Assembly: GCA_963843145.1 (NCBI GenBank)
Contig: CAWJJC010000028.1
Coordinates: 288,001-352,000, forward strand
Direction: 5' to 3'
Source of the DNA: an uncultured delta proteobacterium
Lineage (GTDB): Bacteria; Desulfobacterota; RBG-13-43-22
Length of the DNA: 64,000 nucleotides
Shown: in pieces, positions 40,628 to 51,198 of the stretch
Numbering within the stretch: position 1 is the stretch's first letter
How the letters are laid out: each line of letters begins with the position of its first letter
Position numbers and translations under genes: made by a program
The notes under the pieces: generated by a model
Told to the model about the DNA's origin: nothing
The model's database searches: none
The model's input: the letters and a program-made list of their open reading frames with translations, nothing else

Positions 40628-41719
40628 ATGTTCAAATTTGAAAAAATAATCATTCATCGGGAAGTAGCCGCGACCCCCTTAGCTCGAAATATTCGACGAG
40701 CTTTCAGCGACTTGCCGCTGGAATGGGTGGATCGGGAGCCGGAGCCCGGGTCGACGAAAATTTCGCTGAGGCAATCGAAGCGAATCCTTTATCTGACGGC
40801 CTTCCGAGGGCAATTGGTCAAACCCTGCCCCGGCACGAAGGAGTATATCTGTTGCGGCTATCAGATTCTCAATACCGCCACGAACTGTCCGATCGACTGC
40901 AGTTACTGCATCCTGCAGGCCTATTTTAACCAATCTTTCATCCGCCTTTTTGCCAACACGGATGAAATATTCGCCCGGTTGAAAGCCTACGTTTCCGAAC
41001 GGAAAGGAAGTCCGGTTCGTCTGGGCACCGGTGAATTCACCGACAGTCTGGCCCTGGATCCGGTTACGCAGTTCTCCTCCCTGTTGGCCGAAGCGGTCGC
41101 GGGCCATCCCAATTTAGTCGTAGAGTTGAAAACCAAATCCCGGGGCATCGAAAATCTGCTGCGTTTGCCGCTAGTGGAACCCTTCCTGCTCTCCTGGTCT
41201 TTAAACGCCGAGGGGATTATCCACAGGGAAGAGCAGGGAGCCGCCAGCCTGGTCGAGCGATTGGCGGCGGCGGAAGCCTGCCAGAAGAAAGGGTATCGGT
41301 TGGGGTTCCACTTCGACCCCCTGATCTACTTTCCGGGTTGGGAGGATGCCTACCAAAATACGGTCAGTCGACTATTTCAACGGATCCGACCCGAGAATAT
41401 CGCCTGGATCAGCCTGGGTTGTTTTCGCTACCTGCCGGTTTTGAAACCCATTATCCAAGAAAGGTTTCCTCGGTCCCGTTTTATTCACCAGGAGTTTATC
41501 CCGGCCATAGACGGAAAAAGACGTTACCCCCAAACCCTGCGGGTGGAAATGTACCGGCGGATGGTGGGATGGATCAGGGAGTACGCGCAGGAGGCCATGG
41601 TTTATTTGTGCATGGAGAGCCCGGTGGTCTGGAAAAAGGTCTTTGGGTTCATCCCCGGATCCGGGCATCCGACCTTGGCCGAGATGCTCGATTCGCGGGT
41701 GGGAATGAAAAGCCCCTGA
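40628..41719 (+). CDS. Spore photoproduct lyase family radical SAM protein
   Basis: NCPIDCSYCILQAY, GTGEFTDSL, ELKTKS and YLCME motifs. Confidence 0.85.
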   Translation: MFKFEKIIIHREVAATPLARNIRRAFSDLPLEWVDREPEPGSTKISLRQSKRILYLTAFRGQLVKPCPGTKEYICCGYQILNTATNCPIDCSYCILQAYFNQSFIRLFANTDEIFARLKAYVSERKGSPVRLGTGEFTDSLALDPVTQFSSLLAEAVAGHPNLVVELKTKSRGIENLLRLPLVEPFLLSWSLNAEGIIHREEQGAASLVERLAAAEACQKKGYRLGFHFDPLIYFPGWEDAYQNTVSRLFQRIRPENIAWISLGCFRYLPVLKPIIQERFPRSRFIHQEFIPAIDGKRRYPQTLRVEMYRRMVGWIREYAQEAMVYLCMESPVVWKKVFGFIPGSGHPTLAEMLDSRVGMKSP

Positions 41720-41912
41720 CCGTGACGATCAAGGGCTTCTCGGATGATCCCTGGGCACGGGGTTTAGTGCGAAAATAGACTCCATGGCCTGCAAAAGGGC
41801 CAATAATCAATTGATAATTAACAATTAACAATTGATTATTGATTATTAAAGTTAAGCAGTTAAGATTGTATCTCCCCTCCTGGGCATGTTGGGGTTAATG
41901 GAAAAATAGAAA

Positions 41913-42800
41913 TTACTTGCCCTTGCCGGTCAAGGCGGCCGGGTTCATCGTCACCTTGGCTTTTTTGAGGGCCTGTTCAACGAACTCAGTGACTTTGGCC
42001 TCCTGCTTTTCCCGGAGGACCTGTTGGGTCACTTTATCCTTAATGGTTTCGAAAGGCTCGGCAACCGCCGCTTTTTTTTCATCGACCTTGATCACGTGAA
42101 AACCGAATTCCGTTTCCACCAAGTCGCTTACTTCTCCGGGTTTTAGAGAAAAGGCCGCTTGTTCAAAGGCCGGTACCATGCTGCCTTTGGAAAAGAATCC
42201 CAATTCGCCGCCTTTGGATTTCGTGCCGGGATCATCGGAAAATTCGGCAGCCAGCTTGGTAAAATCCTCCCCGGCCTTGACCTTCTTCAGCACTTCCTCG
42301 GCTTTTTCTTTCAGCTTCTTCTTTTCTTCATCCGTGGCCCCTTTGGGAACCTGGATGAGGATATGGCGGGCTTTGACCTGTTCGGGCGATTTAAACATGT
42401 CCGGGTTTTTATCGTAGTAGGCCTTGGCATCTTTTTCGGTTACTTTGACTTTGTTGAGCACTTCTTTTTGCAGGTACTGAACAGCCAGAAAATTATTGGT
42501 GATCATGTCCAGTTGGCCTTTAATCTCCGGTCGTTTGTCAAAACCTTTTTCCCGAGCCAAACCGGCGATGACCATTCCCTGGACCGTTTGCCAGAGGATG
42601 GTGGGTTTGGCCTGAGGGTTTTTATCAATCTGCGCTCGTTGCTCGGCATCATAGTATTTGAGGATCTTATTGAAATCGGCCACGGTAATGGTTTTGTTGC
42701 CGATCCGGGCGACTACGTTGGGGTCCTGAGCGAAAGCCGGGGAGGCCAGTCCGGCCGTCATTAAAGCAAAAATACCCAATGTTTTAAGGTAAAGCTTCAT
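41913..42800 (-). CDS. PpiC-type peptidyl-prolyl isomerase (PrsA/SurA-like)
   Basis: Signal peptide; ARHILI, FS.DPG.K.KGG.LG.F and ETEFGFHVIKV motifs. Confidence 0.92.
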   Translation of the reverse strand: MKLYLKTLGIFALMTAGLASPAFAQDPNVVARIGNKTITVADFNKILKYYDAEQRAQIDKNPQAKPTILWQTVQGMVIAGLAREKGFDKRPEIKGQLDMITNNFLAVQYLQKEVLNKVKVTEKDAKAYYDKNPDMFKSPEQVKARHILIQVPKGATDEEKKKLKEKAEEVLKKVKAGEDFTKLAAEFSDDPGTKSKGGELGFFSKGSMVPAFEQAAFSLKPGEVSDLVETEFGFHVIKVDEKKAAVAEPFETIKDKVTQQVLREKQEAKVTEFVEQALKKAKVTMNPAALTGKGK

Positions 42801-42866
42801 AGCAATTCTCCTTTGATCAAATAATAATTTTCGGACCTAGAACACGAGAGCAGATACGAAATGCGA

Positions 42867-43103
42867 TTATTCCGGCGGGTCAGTTGCTTCCGAGGGGCTG
42901 GCCGGAGCTTCCGGGACGGATCCCTGTTCCTCCTGTCCGGAGGACGCTGCTTCCGGGCTGGCTTCCAGGAGGGATTCCGGCTCCTCTTCCCCGGAGGGCT
43001 CCCCTTTGTTCAGCCGGCGCTGCCGTTTGGCTTCCTGTTTCTTCTGGCGGTTCAGTTCCTTGTTTCTTTTGCCGCTTTTATAGAATCCGGCGCGAGTTGC
43101 CAT
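42867..43103 (-). CDS. Small basic/acidic disordered hypothetical protein
   Basis: AAGGAGG RBS; KRNKELNRQKKQEAKRQRR followed by an acidic tail. Confidence 0.7.
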   Translation of the reverse strand: MATRAGFYKSGKRNKELNRQKKQEAKRQRRLNKGEPSGEEEPESLLEASPEAASSGQEEQGSVPEAPASPSEATDPPE

Positions 43104-43345
43104 GGGAACCTCCTTCAATCATAAATTTAAAAATCAATGTGGAAATGAGGGTAACTAACGGTGGGATTGTCGGTGAAGCCGCCGTTCAGGTTCTAAGAGT
43201 CCACATCGTTTGGCTGCCTGTTCCCCAGGCCGGGCCGCTTGGTTTTAGTGTTCAACGCCTTAAATTCGTAATGATAAAAGAATTTTGATGATTAAGCAAG
43301 GGGAAAGTAAAAAGGGAGTGGCGGACAGTAAAAAGAATTCCGAGG

Positions 43346-43855
43346 CTACCGTTCCAGGGCTACGACCAGGGCGGTGGTCAGCTTGACGATATCCTCATCG
43401 CTCTTTCGCAACCTTTTGGACAACAACTGACTCAGTCGAAAAAGAATCTTCACGCCCATGACCGGGTTTTGATTGAACAAGCGGAAGGAATTTTCCTTGC
43501 TCAATTCGAGCATCCGGCAATCGGTGGAAGCGGTGACGTTGGCCGAGCGCACGTCATCTTCAATCAACGCCATCTCGCCCAGCGTCACCCCGTCTTCCGA
43601 TCTCAGGCGGTTCATGATTCGTTCCAGAATGGCCGTTTGATCAATGGGTAGGAGCAGGCGTTTGGTGACTTCCACTTCGCCTTCAAGCAAAATATACATC
43701 TTCTCCCCGGGTTCCCCCTCGGCCATGATGACCGAGCCGGCCGGAAATTCCCGGGGGAGGGAAGCCCCCCAAACTTCCGCCAGTTCCTCGTCCTGCAGGT
43801 CCTGGAGAATAAATATTATTTTCAGGGTGTTCAGATCGGGATGGGGCCCTTTCAT
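43346..43855 (-). CDS. Stand-alone cyclic nucleotide-binding domain protein
   Basis: EGEPGEKMYILLEGEV and GEMALIEDDVRSANV motifs. Confidence 0.88.
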   Translation of the reverse strand: MKGPHPDLNTLKIIFILQDLQDEELAEVWGASLPREFPAGSVIMAEGEPGEKMYILLEGEVEVTKRLLLPIDQTAILERIMNRLRSEDGVTLGEMALIEDDVRSANVTASTDCRMLELSKENSFRLFNQNPVMGVKILFRLSQLLSKRLRKSDEDIVKLTTALVVALER

Positions 43856-45088
43856 TTAAAAGCCCCTTCCCGTTGGGTGAATCTGCGGTTGTTCGGCGAT
43901 GACCACGGCCACTTCCTCCGGGGAAAGGATATGGTCGTCCGGAGGATTGATCCGAAAATTTACTTTGTGGATCCCGAAAAGGTGGGCCTTCCCGGCCTCA
44001 TTGAATTTTCGGAAAATAAACTCATCAATCGCCGAGTGCTCCCCGGACAATAAGTCCTCCAGTTTAAGCCGTTGGCCCTCCGTGAATAATCCGATCAGCA
44101 GGGCCTGGTTCCGTTCTTTGATATGGGCGGCGAAGACCTTCAGTTCAGTGCCCTTAAAACGGGCGGGGATTTCCAGGGCATAGAAATTGGGGCCTTCCGG
44201 GGAAAGAAGGGTCTGCAAAACCTTGAAGAGGCCGGCTGACTCGGTGGCACTGGCGATCAGGGCGCTGTCGTATTCCCCGCGGAGGATGATGTCCTCCACA
44301 TGGGCCCGCTCGAGATGCAGGCGGTTGTCCGGGTAAAGGATTTCGGCGCAGACTTCGATTTTCGGATTCAGGGATTTCAAGGCCAAGGCGGCTTGCAGGG
44401 TACGCTGGTCCACCTGCTCCCGGGGAGGATTGTCCACCCGGTCGGCCAGGATAACGGCGCGCCGCGCCTGCCCCAGGTTGGCCTTCAAAAGGACTTCTCC
44501 CCGGGTGAAATCTCCCCGGATATACTGGAGAGGATGTCCCTCGAATTCAATCTTGAGGGCCTCGAATTGTTCCGGCGGCAGGTTGTTGATCAGGATGACG
44601 ACGGTCCGCCGGTCTATCCGGGAAAACAGGTTTTTTAAAATCTGATTCCCCCGGTAATGCCAGCCTAAAATGATGATATGATCATGGGCCAAAACACTTT
44701 CCAAACCCCGTTCCCTCCTCATTTTTCGTTCGATAAAAACCGAGGCGATAGTCGCAGTGGTCAGGGAGAGGAGGATCACTCCGGAGAACATCAGCCCCAC
44801 CCCCAGCAGTTTTCCCCCCAGGGTTCGGGGAACCACATCCCCATAGCCCACTGTAGTGATCGTTACCGCGGCCCACCAAAGGCCCTGTCCCACCCGGGCC
44901 CCGAAGTCTCCGCCGGTGGTTTCATTAAGGGCGAACCCCAGGGCGCCCAGCAGGATCACGACCAGGACTCCTCCGATCAGGAAGAAAATCCTTTCCTGCT
45001 TCCAGGTTGTGAGAAATACCGTCAAGGTCGAGCCCAGGTCGTCCCGGGCGTCTTTCCAGCGGAGGAGGACTCCTTTTCGGAGCGGCAC
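43856..45088 (-). CDS. Potassium channel with RCK (TrkA-N) domain
   Basis: WWAAVTITTVGYGD selectivity filter; HIIILGW RCK start. Confidence 0.9.
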   Translation of the reverse strand: MPLRKGVLLRWKDARDDLGSTLTVFLTTWKQERIFFLIGGVLVVILLGALGFALNETTGGDFGARVGQGLWWAAVTITTVGYGDVVPRTLGGKLLGVGLMFSGVILLSLTTATIASVFIERKMRRERGLESVLAHDHIIILGWHYRGNQILKNLFSRIDRRTVVILINNLPPEQFEALKIEFEGHPLQYIRGDFTRGEVLLKANLGQARRAVILADRVDNPPREQVDQRTLQAALALKSLNPKIEVCAEILYPDNRLHLERAHVEDIILRGEYDSALIASATESAGLFKVLQTLLSPEGPNFYALEIPARFKGTELKVFAAHIKERNQALLIGLFTEGQRLKLEDLLSGEHSAIDEFIFRKFNEAGKAHLFGIHKVNFRINPPDDHILSPEEVAVVIAEQPQIHPTGRGF

Positions 45089-45102
45089 CCTAGATGCTTT
45101 CT

Positions 45103-45633
45103 TTACAGATTATCACGGACGGCCTTGATCAGCTTCTGGATTTCTTCGGCGTTCAGCTTGCCGTCTTTTCGGAAGACCAATTTACCGGTCTTATCAAAGA
45201 CCAGGATATCGCTGCTGTCATCGGCTATCTTCCAACTGGTAACCAATACTTTTTTTAGATCCCGGACATATATGGTTCTGGGGTAGCGCTTCTGCTTTTT
45301 TTCCAGAGCGGAATTTATGGCAAAATTGGGCATCCAGGTGGCGGCCATATTAATAATGCCCCAGGATTGATATTTGTCCAGGGGAAATTTTTCCTTGTCC
45401 AGGGCCTCGCTGGCCGGGTTGTTGGTGTCTTTTTCATCCGGATCGACATAAAATAGGACCTGGACCTTGCCCTGCAATTCTTCACTGCTCCAGGGTTTCC
45501 CGTCCAGTCGTCCTCCCAGTTTTTCCTTTAGTTCCACCTTGGGGGGAATTTCGCCGATTTCCAGGGCTTGGGCGGTTTGGTTTATCAGAAAGACACTCAA
45601 CACCAGAAGCAACCATTTTGAGAAACGCTTCAT
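45103..45633 (-). CDS. YtfJ family exported protein
   Basis: Signal peptide; PWSSEEL.GKV and FYVDPDEKD.N motifs. Confidence 0.7.
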   Translation of the reverse strand: MKRFSKWLLLVLSVFLINQTAQALEIGEIPPKVELKEKLGGRLDGKPWSSEELQGKVQVLFYVDPDEKDTNNPASEALDKEKFPLDKYQSWGIINMAATWMPNFAINSALEKKQKRYPRTIYVRDLKKVLVTSWKIADDSSDILVFDKTGKLVFRKDGKLNAEEIQKLIKAVRDNL

Positions 45634-45865
45634 GCCGGACCTCCTCAATTTTAGATGGGCAATTATTTTTTCAAGACCTGTCGGAGGGTATTATTAGCAT
45701 AGAAGAGAAAAACTGAAAAGGTCGTTTTTGGAAGAGGGGAAGGGGGGCGAACTGCTCTGAAAACTGAATTTTAAGCAATTTCGATGATTTTAGTTGATCA
45801 AAGGGCTATAATATGGGAAAATAATAGATTGTAATTGGTAGTGGGTCCGCAAAAAGTTCCTTTTT

Positions 45866-46000
45866 GTCATCCTGAACCCTTCGCCTGTCACCCTGAGTCC
45901 TTCGTCAGTCATCCGGAGCGAAGCGAAGGATCTCGAATTTCGGCTCAGAGTAAACCCCGCGAAGGGTCTCGGTGCATGGCTCAGGGTAAACTCCGCGAAG
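45866..46000. repeat. TGTCATCCTGA-type REP cluster with tandem partial copies
   Basis: tgtcatcctgaa, tgtcaccctgag, gtcatccggagcgaagcgaaggatctc and ggctcagggtaaactccgcgaa; similar to 15390-15470. Confidence 0.7.
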
Positions 46001-46037
46001 GTACCGTAACGTTAGAGGGAAAGGAATTCTTAAAAAT

Positions 46038-47585
46038 ATGATGAACGACGAAGATCCTCTGGATAATGAAGAATCGGCCGATCTTGGGCCATCGGAACAC
46101 GCGGTTTCGGATCAGGATCAGGCGGCGGCCCAGGAGAACCCCTTGATCGAGCCCGAGAACAGGCTGCCGGAGATTTCCCTGGAGGACCTGTCCGAGCGAA
46201 TGCAACAGGCGGTGGCCCAGGCCGGCTGGAGCAGCCTTTTGGCGGTCCAGGCTAAGGCCATACCTTACCTGCAGGCCCGGCGGGACTTGATGATTCAATC
46301 TCAAACCGGGAGCGGCAAGACCGGGGCTTATCTCTTGCCTATCCTGGACCGCATCGACCCGGGGAAGGCCGTCTGCCAGGCTCTGGTCCTGGTCCCTACC
46401 CGGGAGTTGGCCCATCAGGTGGCCAGAGAAGCCGAGATTCTGGGCAGCGCCATGGGAGTCCGGTCCATCGCCGTTTATGGCGGTGTGGGCTACGGGCCGC
46501 AACTGGAGGCCTTCCAGCAGGGGGTCCAACTGGTGGTCGGCACGCCGGGCCGGGTGCTGGATCATCTGCTCAAACGCTCCCTTTCGCTGAAACATCTGGA
46601 GGTTCTGGTCTTTGATGAGGCCGACCGCCTCCTTTCCATGGGTTTTTACCCGGACATGAAGCAGGTCCAGGAATACCTGCCCTCCCAGCCCATCAACGGC
46701 TATATGCTCTCGGCCACCTTCCCGGGCTTTGTACTACGCCTGGCCCACGAGTTTCTCCATCAGCCCGAGTACCTCAGCCTGAGTCGGGACCAGGTCCATG
46801 TGGCCGGGACCGACCATTTCTATTATGTGACCCCGGGCATGGAAAAGGACCGGGCCTTGATCCGGATCATTGAGATTGAAAACCCGGTCTCGGCCATTAT
46901 TTTCTGCAACACGAAAAGCAGTGTGCATTACCTCACCGTGGTCCTGCAGCGTTTCGGCTACGATGCGGATGAGTTGAGTTCCGACCTGGCCCAAGGGGCG
47001 AGGGAAAAGGTTATGGCCCGGGTTCGGGAAGGGACGTTGCGCTTCATGGTGGCTACCGATGTGGCCGCCCGGGGCATCGATATCCAGGAATTGTCCCACG
47101 TCATTCAGTACGAGCCGCCGGAAGACCCGGAGATTTACATCCATCGGGTTGGGCGCACCGGACGGGCCGGGGCCAGCGGCGTGGCCTTGTCCCTGGTCAC
47201 TCCCCTGGAAGAAATCAAGTTGAAACAAATCGCCCGGAAATTCGGCATCGAACTCCAGGAGCGCCCAATGCCCGCGGATACCGATGTGGAGGCGATCGTT
47301 TCCCAACGGGTTACCGCCTTACTGGAGGCGGATCTCCGCTCGCGGGACAGCTTGAAGGCCGAGCGAATGAAGCGTTTTCTTCCGCTCGCTCAAAGTCTGG
47401 GGCAGGGAGAGGATGAGCTGGCCCTCCTGGCCATGTTGTTGGATGAATATTACCAGAAAACCCTTCCGGCTAAGCCGCCTCAACCTCCACTGGTCAGGGC
47501 CTCCGGGTCCGGTCCCAGGCCCGGGAAGGAAGGGCGGGGCGAACGGCCGAGGAAACGGGATCGGGGCCGATCCCGAAGGAAATAG
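46038..47585 (+). CDS. DEAD-box RNA helicase
   Basis: QTGSGKT, PTRELA, DEAD, SAT, TDVAARGID and HRVGRTGR motifs. Confidence 0.95.
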   Translation: MMNDEDPLDNEESADLGPSEHAVSDQDQAAAQENPLIEPENRLPEISLEDLSERMQQAVAQAGWSSLLAVQAKAIPYLQARRDLMIQSQTGSGKTGAYLLPILDRIDPGKAVCQALVLVPTRELAHQVAREAEILGSAMGVRSIAVYGGVGYGPQLEAFQQGVQLVVGTPGRVLDHLLKRSLSLKHLEVLVFDEADRLLSMGFYPDMKQVQEYLPSQPINGYMLSATFPGFVLRLAHEFLHQPEYLSLSRDQVHVAGTDHFYYVTPGMEKDRALIRIIEIENPVSAIIFCNTKSSVHYLTVVLQRFGYDADELSSDLAQGAREKVMARVREGTLRFMVATDVAARGIDIQELSHVIQYEPPEDPEIYIHRVGRTGRAGASGVALSLVTPLEEIKLKQIARKFGIELQERPMPADTDVEAIVSQRVTALLEADLRSRDSLKAERMKRFLPLAQSLGQGEDELALLAMLLDEYYQKTLPAKPPQPPLVRASGSGPRPGKEGRGERPRKRDRGRSRRK

Positions 47586-47589
47586 CTGT

Positions 47590-47685
47590 TTCCATAATTC
47601 CAATCTGTATAATCAAAACAAAAACGTTTTGAATTTTGATCATTTGAATTTGTTTCGGATTTCGAAATTCGAATTTCGAATTTGA
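47590..47685. repeat. Heptamer-based hairpin repeat (partial) between the helicase and typA
   Basis: ttttgatcatttgaatttgtttcggatttcgaaattcgaatttcgaattt. Confidence 0.75.
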
Positions 47686-47720
47686 ACCAAACAGGCAACT
47701 GTTTTAGGCCGAGGAATATT

Positions 47721-49505
47721 ATGCAGACTCGTCAAGATTTAAGAAACCTAGCCATTATCGCCCATGTGGATCACGGCAAAACCACCCTGGTGGATGCCAT
47801 GCTCTGGCAGAGCGGGGTATTTCAAGAACACCAGGCCGTGGTTGACCGGGTGATGGACAGCATGGACCTGGAACGGGAAAAGGGCATTACCATCATGGCC
47901 AAAAATACCGCCGTGGTCTATCAGGGGGTAAAGATTAATATCGTGGATACCCCGGGCCATGCCGATTTCGGCGGGGAGGTGGAAAGGACGCTGAACATGG
48001 TGGAAGGCGTCATGCTCCTGGTCGATGCCACCGAGGGCCCCTTGCCGCAAACCCGCTTCGTTTTGGGCAAGGCGCTGGAACGGAGGCTCCCGCCGATCGT
48101 GGTGATCAACAAGATCGATCGAACGGATCGACGGATCAACGAAGTCCTCGATGAAATATATGACCTGTTTATTGATTTAGAGGCGACCGAAGAACAACTG
48201 GAATTTCCGGTGCTCTATACCAATGCCCGGGCCGGCATCGCCCTGAATGATCCTGAGGGGCAGGAAAAGAACCTGAAAATACTTTTTGAAGCTATCTTGA
48301 AAACGATTCCGGCTCCCGTTTATGATCCCGAGGCCCCTTTGCAGTTTCTGGTCACCAACCTGGACTATAGCGACTACGTGGGTCGGATCGCCGTCGGCAA
48401 GGTGGTCAACGGCCGGCTACAGAAAAGGCAGCAGGTTGCCCTGCTGAAAAATGGAGAGGTGGCGGGGCAGGCCCTGCTTAGCCAGATCTTCAGCTATGAG
48501 GGACTTAACCGGATCGAACAGGAAACCATTGAAGCCGGGGATATCGCCGCCGTGGCCGGGGTAGCCGAGGTTTTTATCGGCGACACCTTAGGCGATCTTC
48601 TTGATCCCCGGCCCCTGCCGACCATCACGGTGGAACAACCCACCCTCTCCATGGTTTTCTCGGTCAACACCTCGGCGCTGGGCGGTCGGGAAGGCCACCT
48701 GTTAACCTCCCGCCACATCAAAGAGCGGTTGGATAAGGAATTGCTTTATAATGTCAGTATCGGGGTGGAAGCGGCGGAAAGTCGGGATTCTTACAAAGTC
48801 AGCGCCCGGGGAGAGTTGCAGTTGGCCGTCTTGGTGGAAATGATGCGCCGGGAGGGCTTTGAACTCTCCCTCTCCAAACCCGAAATCATCACGCGAAAAG
48901 TAAACGGTCAGTTAATGGAGCCTCTGGAGTTGGCCGTGGTAGATATCCCCGAGGAATACATCGGAGTGGTCAGCGAAAAGCTTAGCGCCCGCCGCGGGCG
49001 GATGACCAAAATGATCAACCACGGATCCGGCCGAGTCCGTCTGGAATTTGAGATCCCCTCCCGGGGGCTGATAGGACTGCGGAGCCAATTCTTAACAGAC
49101 ACCCGGGGCACCGGGCTCTTCAATACCCTGGTTACCGGGTTTACGCCTTATGCCGGGGCCATCCCGGCCCGGCCCAACGGGGTCCTCATCTCCGACCGCT
49201 CCGGCAAGGCCGTAGCCTATGCCATCTTTCATCTCCAGCCTCGGGGGACTATTTTCGTCAATCCCGGGGAACCGGTCTACGCCGGCCTGATCGTGGGGGA
49301 AAATTCACGAACCGAAGACATGTGGGTCAATATTACCAAAGAAAAAAAACAGACGAATATCCGGGCTGCCAATACGGACGAGGCCCTGCGCCTGGTTCCC
49401 CCGCGACGCTTTACCCTGGAACAAGCCATGGAGTATATCAATGACGATGAACTGGTTGAGATTACCCCGCAATCCATCCGTCTCCGGAAGATAAGAAATA
49501 AGTAA
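47721..49505 (+). CDS. typA: Translational GTPase TypA/BipA
   Basis: [31 protein letters not shown] and NKID motifs. Confidence 0.97.
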   Translation: MQTRQDLRNLAIIAHVDHGKTTLVDAMLWQSGVFQEHQAVVDRVMDSMDLEREKGITIMAKNTAVVYQGVKINIVDTPGHADFGGEVERTLNMVEGVMLLVDATEGPLPQTRFVLGKALERRLPPIVVINKIDRTDRRINEVLDEIYDLFIDLEATEEQLEFPVLYTNARAGIALNDPEGQEKNLKILFEAILKTIPAPVYDPEAPLQFLVTNLDYSDYVGRIAVGKVVNGRLQKRQQVALLKNGEVAGQALLSQIFSYEGLNRIEQETIEAGDIAAVAGVAEVFIGDTLGDLLDPRPLPTITVEQPTLSMVFSVNTSALGGREGHLLTSRHIKERLDKELLYNVSIGVEAAESRDSYKVSARGELQLAVLVEMMRREGFELSLSKPEIITRKVNGQLMEPLELAVVDIPEEYIGVVSEKLSARRGRMTKMINHGSGRVRLEFEIPSRGLIGLRSQFLTDTRGTGLFNTLVTGFTPYAGAIPARPNGVLISDRSGKAVAYAIFHLQPRGTIFVNPGEPVYAGLIVGENSRTEDMWVNITKEKKQTNIRAANTDEALRLVPPRRFTLEQAMEYINDDELVEITPQSIRLRKIRNK

Positions 49506-49595
49506 AGATAATCCCAGAACTCCCGAAGAATACAGTAAATCCTCCAAACCCGGGGCGAGCACTCGCGAAGCCTGAAAATAACGGGAAGGGGAGGC

Positions 49596-49883
49596 TTGGG
49601 CCTCGCAGGCCGGACGAGTGAAGTCGCCCCTGCCGGGGAAGAGTCTTTTCGGAGGTGGAGCTGGGAATTGGCTGATAAAGTTTTGATTTTTCTTTCAGCG
49701 GCCTTTATTCTCCTGGTCGTTTGGGGTGGGGAGCCCCTGAGCTCCTTTGTCGATCCTTTTGTTCAAACACTGAACCGGATCAGCGCTCCAGCCCTCGGTC
49801 CGGAAGGAGCTTCGGTCAATAAGAGTCCCTATCCACCCCCGGTGTATGATCGACGGGTTTTTCTGCCGCTGATTAATAAATAG
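49596..49883 (+). CDS. Small membrane/exported hypothetical protein
   Basis: TM segment, Pro-rich stretch, ends RVFLPLINK. Confidence 0.55.
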   Translation: MGLAGRTSEVAPAGEESFRRWSWELADKVLIFLSAAFILLVVWGGEPLSSFVDPFVQTLNRISAPALGPEGASVNKSPYPPPVYDRRVFLPLINK

Positions 49884-49916
49884 TGATTTCCCGAAAATTC
49901 TTACCATCCCCTTTTA

Positions 49917-50873
49917 TTGTTGATTTGGCTTTGTTCGCTTAGCGGTCCGTCCCCGCTGCCGGCCTATTCTTTACAAAATCCGGCAAGTCCTTATTCGGTC
50001 CATCTTCCGCTGCTGCTGAACGAATTTCAGCCGCCCCCGCCGCCTCTCGGTTGGCTGTCCTACGTGAATTATTATCGGGCCACCGCCGGCCTCCCGCCCG
50101 TCAGTGAAAAACCGGAATGGAGCGCTGGAAACCGCAGCCATGCCCTCTACATGGTTCGCAATGATATAATCGAACACGACGAAGACCCCGGAAACCCCTG
50201 GTTCACTCCCGAAGGTCGAACCGCCGCCCAAAACAGCAATTTAATTGTTAGTTTTGACGTGCAGGCTACGGATGAATGGGCCATCGATGGATTTATGCAG
50301 GCCCCTTTTCACGCCTTGGGAATTATCGATCCCCGACTTTTGCAGGTCGGCTATGGAAGTTATCGAGAAGCCGACGGGCAGTACGAGATGGCGGCGGGTT
50401 TGGATGTCATTCGTGGAATGGGCTTAGTCGCGCGAACCCCTTATCCTATTTTTTGGCCCGGGAACGGGGTTTCCGTTCCCCTTTCCTCCTATTGGGGAGA
50501 ACACCCGGACCCGCTCAGCAGTTGTCCCGGCTACAGCGCTCCCAGCGGACTCCCGATTATCCTGCAGCTCGGGCCGGGGACGCTGACCCCTTCAGTCTCG
50601 GCATCGTCCTTGACGAGCAACGGCCAATCCCTGGAGCATTGCGTCTTTGACGAAACCAATTACGCCAACGGGGATCCGGTTCAGCAGGACCTGGGAAGAA
50701 ATATTTTGAATGCCCGGGACGCGGTCATCCTGATCCCGCGGCAGCCTTTGACGCCGGGTTCGACCTACAGCGCCTCGATCACGGTCAATGGGCAGGTCTA
50801 CCTCTGGTCCTTCAGCATCTCCGTCAAAGCCGGGGATTCCGGCAGCCGGTATTTCCCGGGCTTCGTCAAATAG
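49917..50873 (+). CDS. CAP (SCP-like) domain secreted protein
   Basis: [21 protein letters not shown] and FMQAPFH motifs; true start may be GTG ~49883 with a homopolymer indel. Confidence 0.85.
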   Translation: MLIWLCSLSGPSPLPAYSLQNPASPYSVHLPLLLNEFQPPPPPLGWLSYVNYYRATAGLPPVSEKPEWSAGNRSHALYMVRNDIIEHDEDPGNPWFTPEGRTAAQNSNLIVSFDVQATDEWAIDGFMQAPFHALGIIDPRLLQVGYGSYREADGQYEMAAGLDVIRGMGLVARTPYPIFWPGNGVSVPLSSYWGEHPDPLSSCPGYSAPSGLPIILQLGPGTLTPSVSASSLTSNGQSLEHCVFDETNYANGDPVQQDLGRNILNARDAVILIPRQPLTPGSTYSASITVNGQVYLWSFSISVKAGDSGSRYFPGFVK

Positions 50874-50889
50874 GCAATTCCAAAGACTT

Positions 50890-51198
50890 AGAATTGAAAT
50901 GAACCCGGTCCGAGCCGGCTTGGTAAAAAAGGCTGGGGATTGGCCATGGAGTAGTGCCAAGGCGCATCTAAAGGGCCGAGATGATCTCCTGGTTAAGGTT
51001 AACCCCTTATTGGCGATGGCCGAAAAAAGCAGGAACCAGTTCTTGGCTGATTACCCCGAAGAAGAAGAGATTGAATTGTTAAAGAAACACGAGAAGACCG
51101 GACGTCCTTTGGGATCCACGGCTTTTGTCCATAAAGTTGAAAAGGTGATGGATCGCCTCTTGGAACCCCAAAAGGCTGGTCGAAAAAAATTGAAATAA
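50890..51198 (+). pseudogene. C-terminal remnant of REP-associated tyrosine transposase
   Basis: [11 protein letters not shown]...WPWSSA...TGRPLG; followed by ggtgtccccggaattc. Confidence 0.75.
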
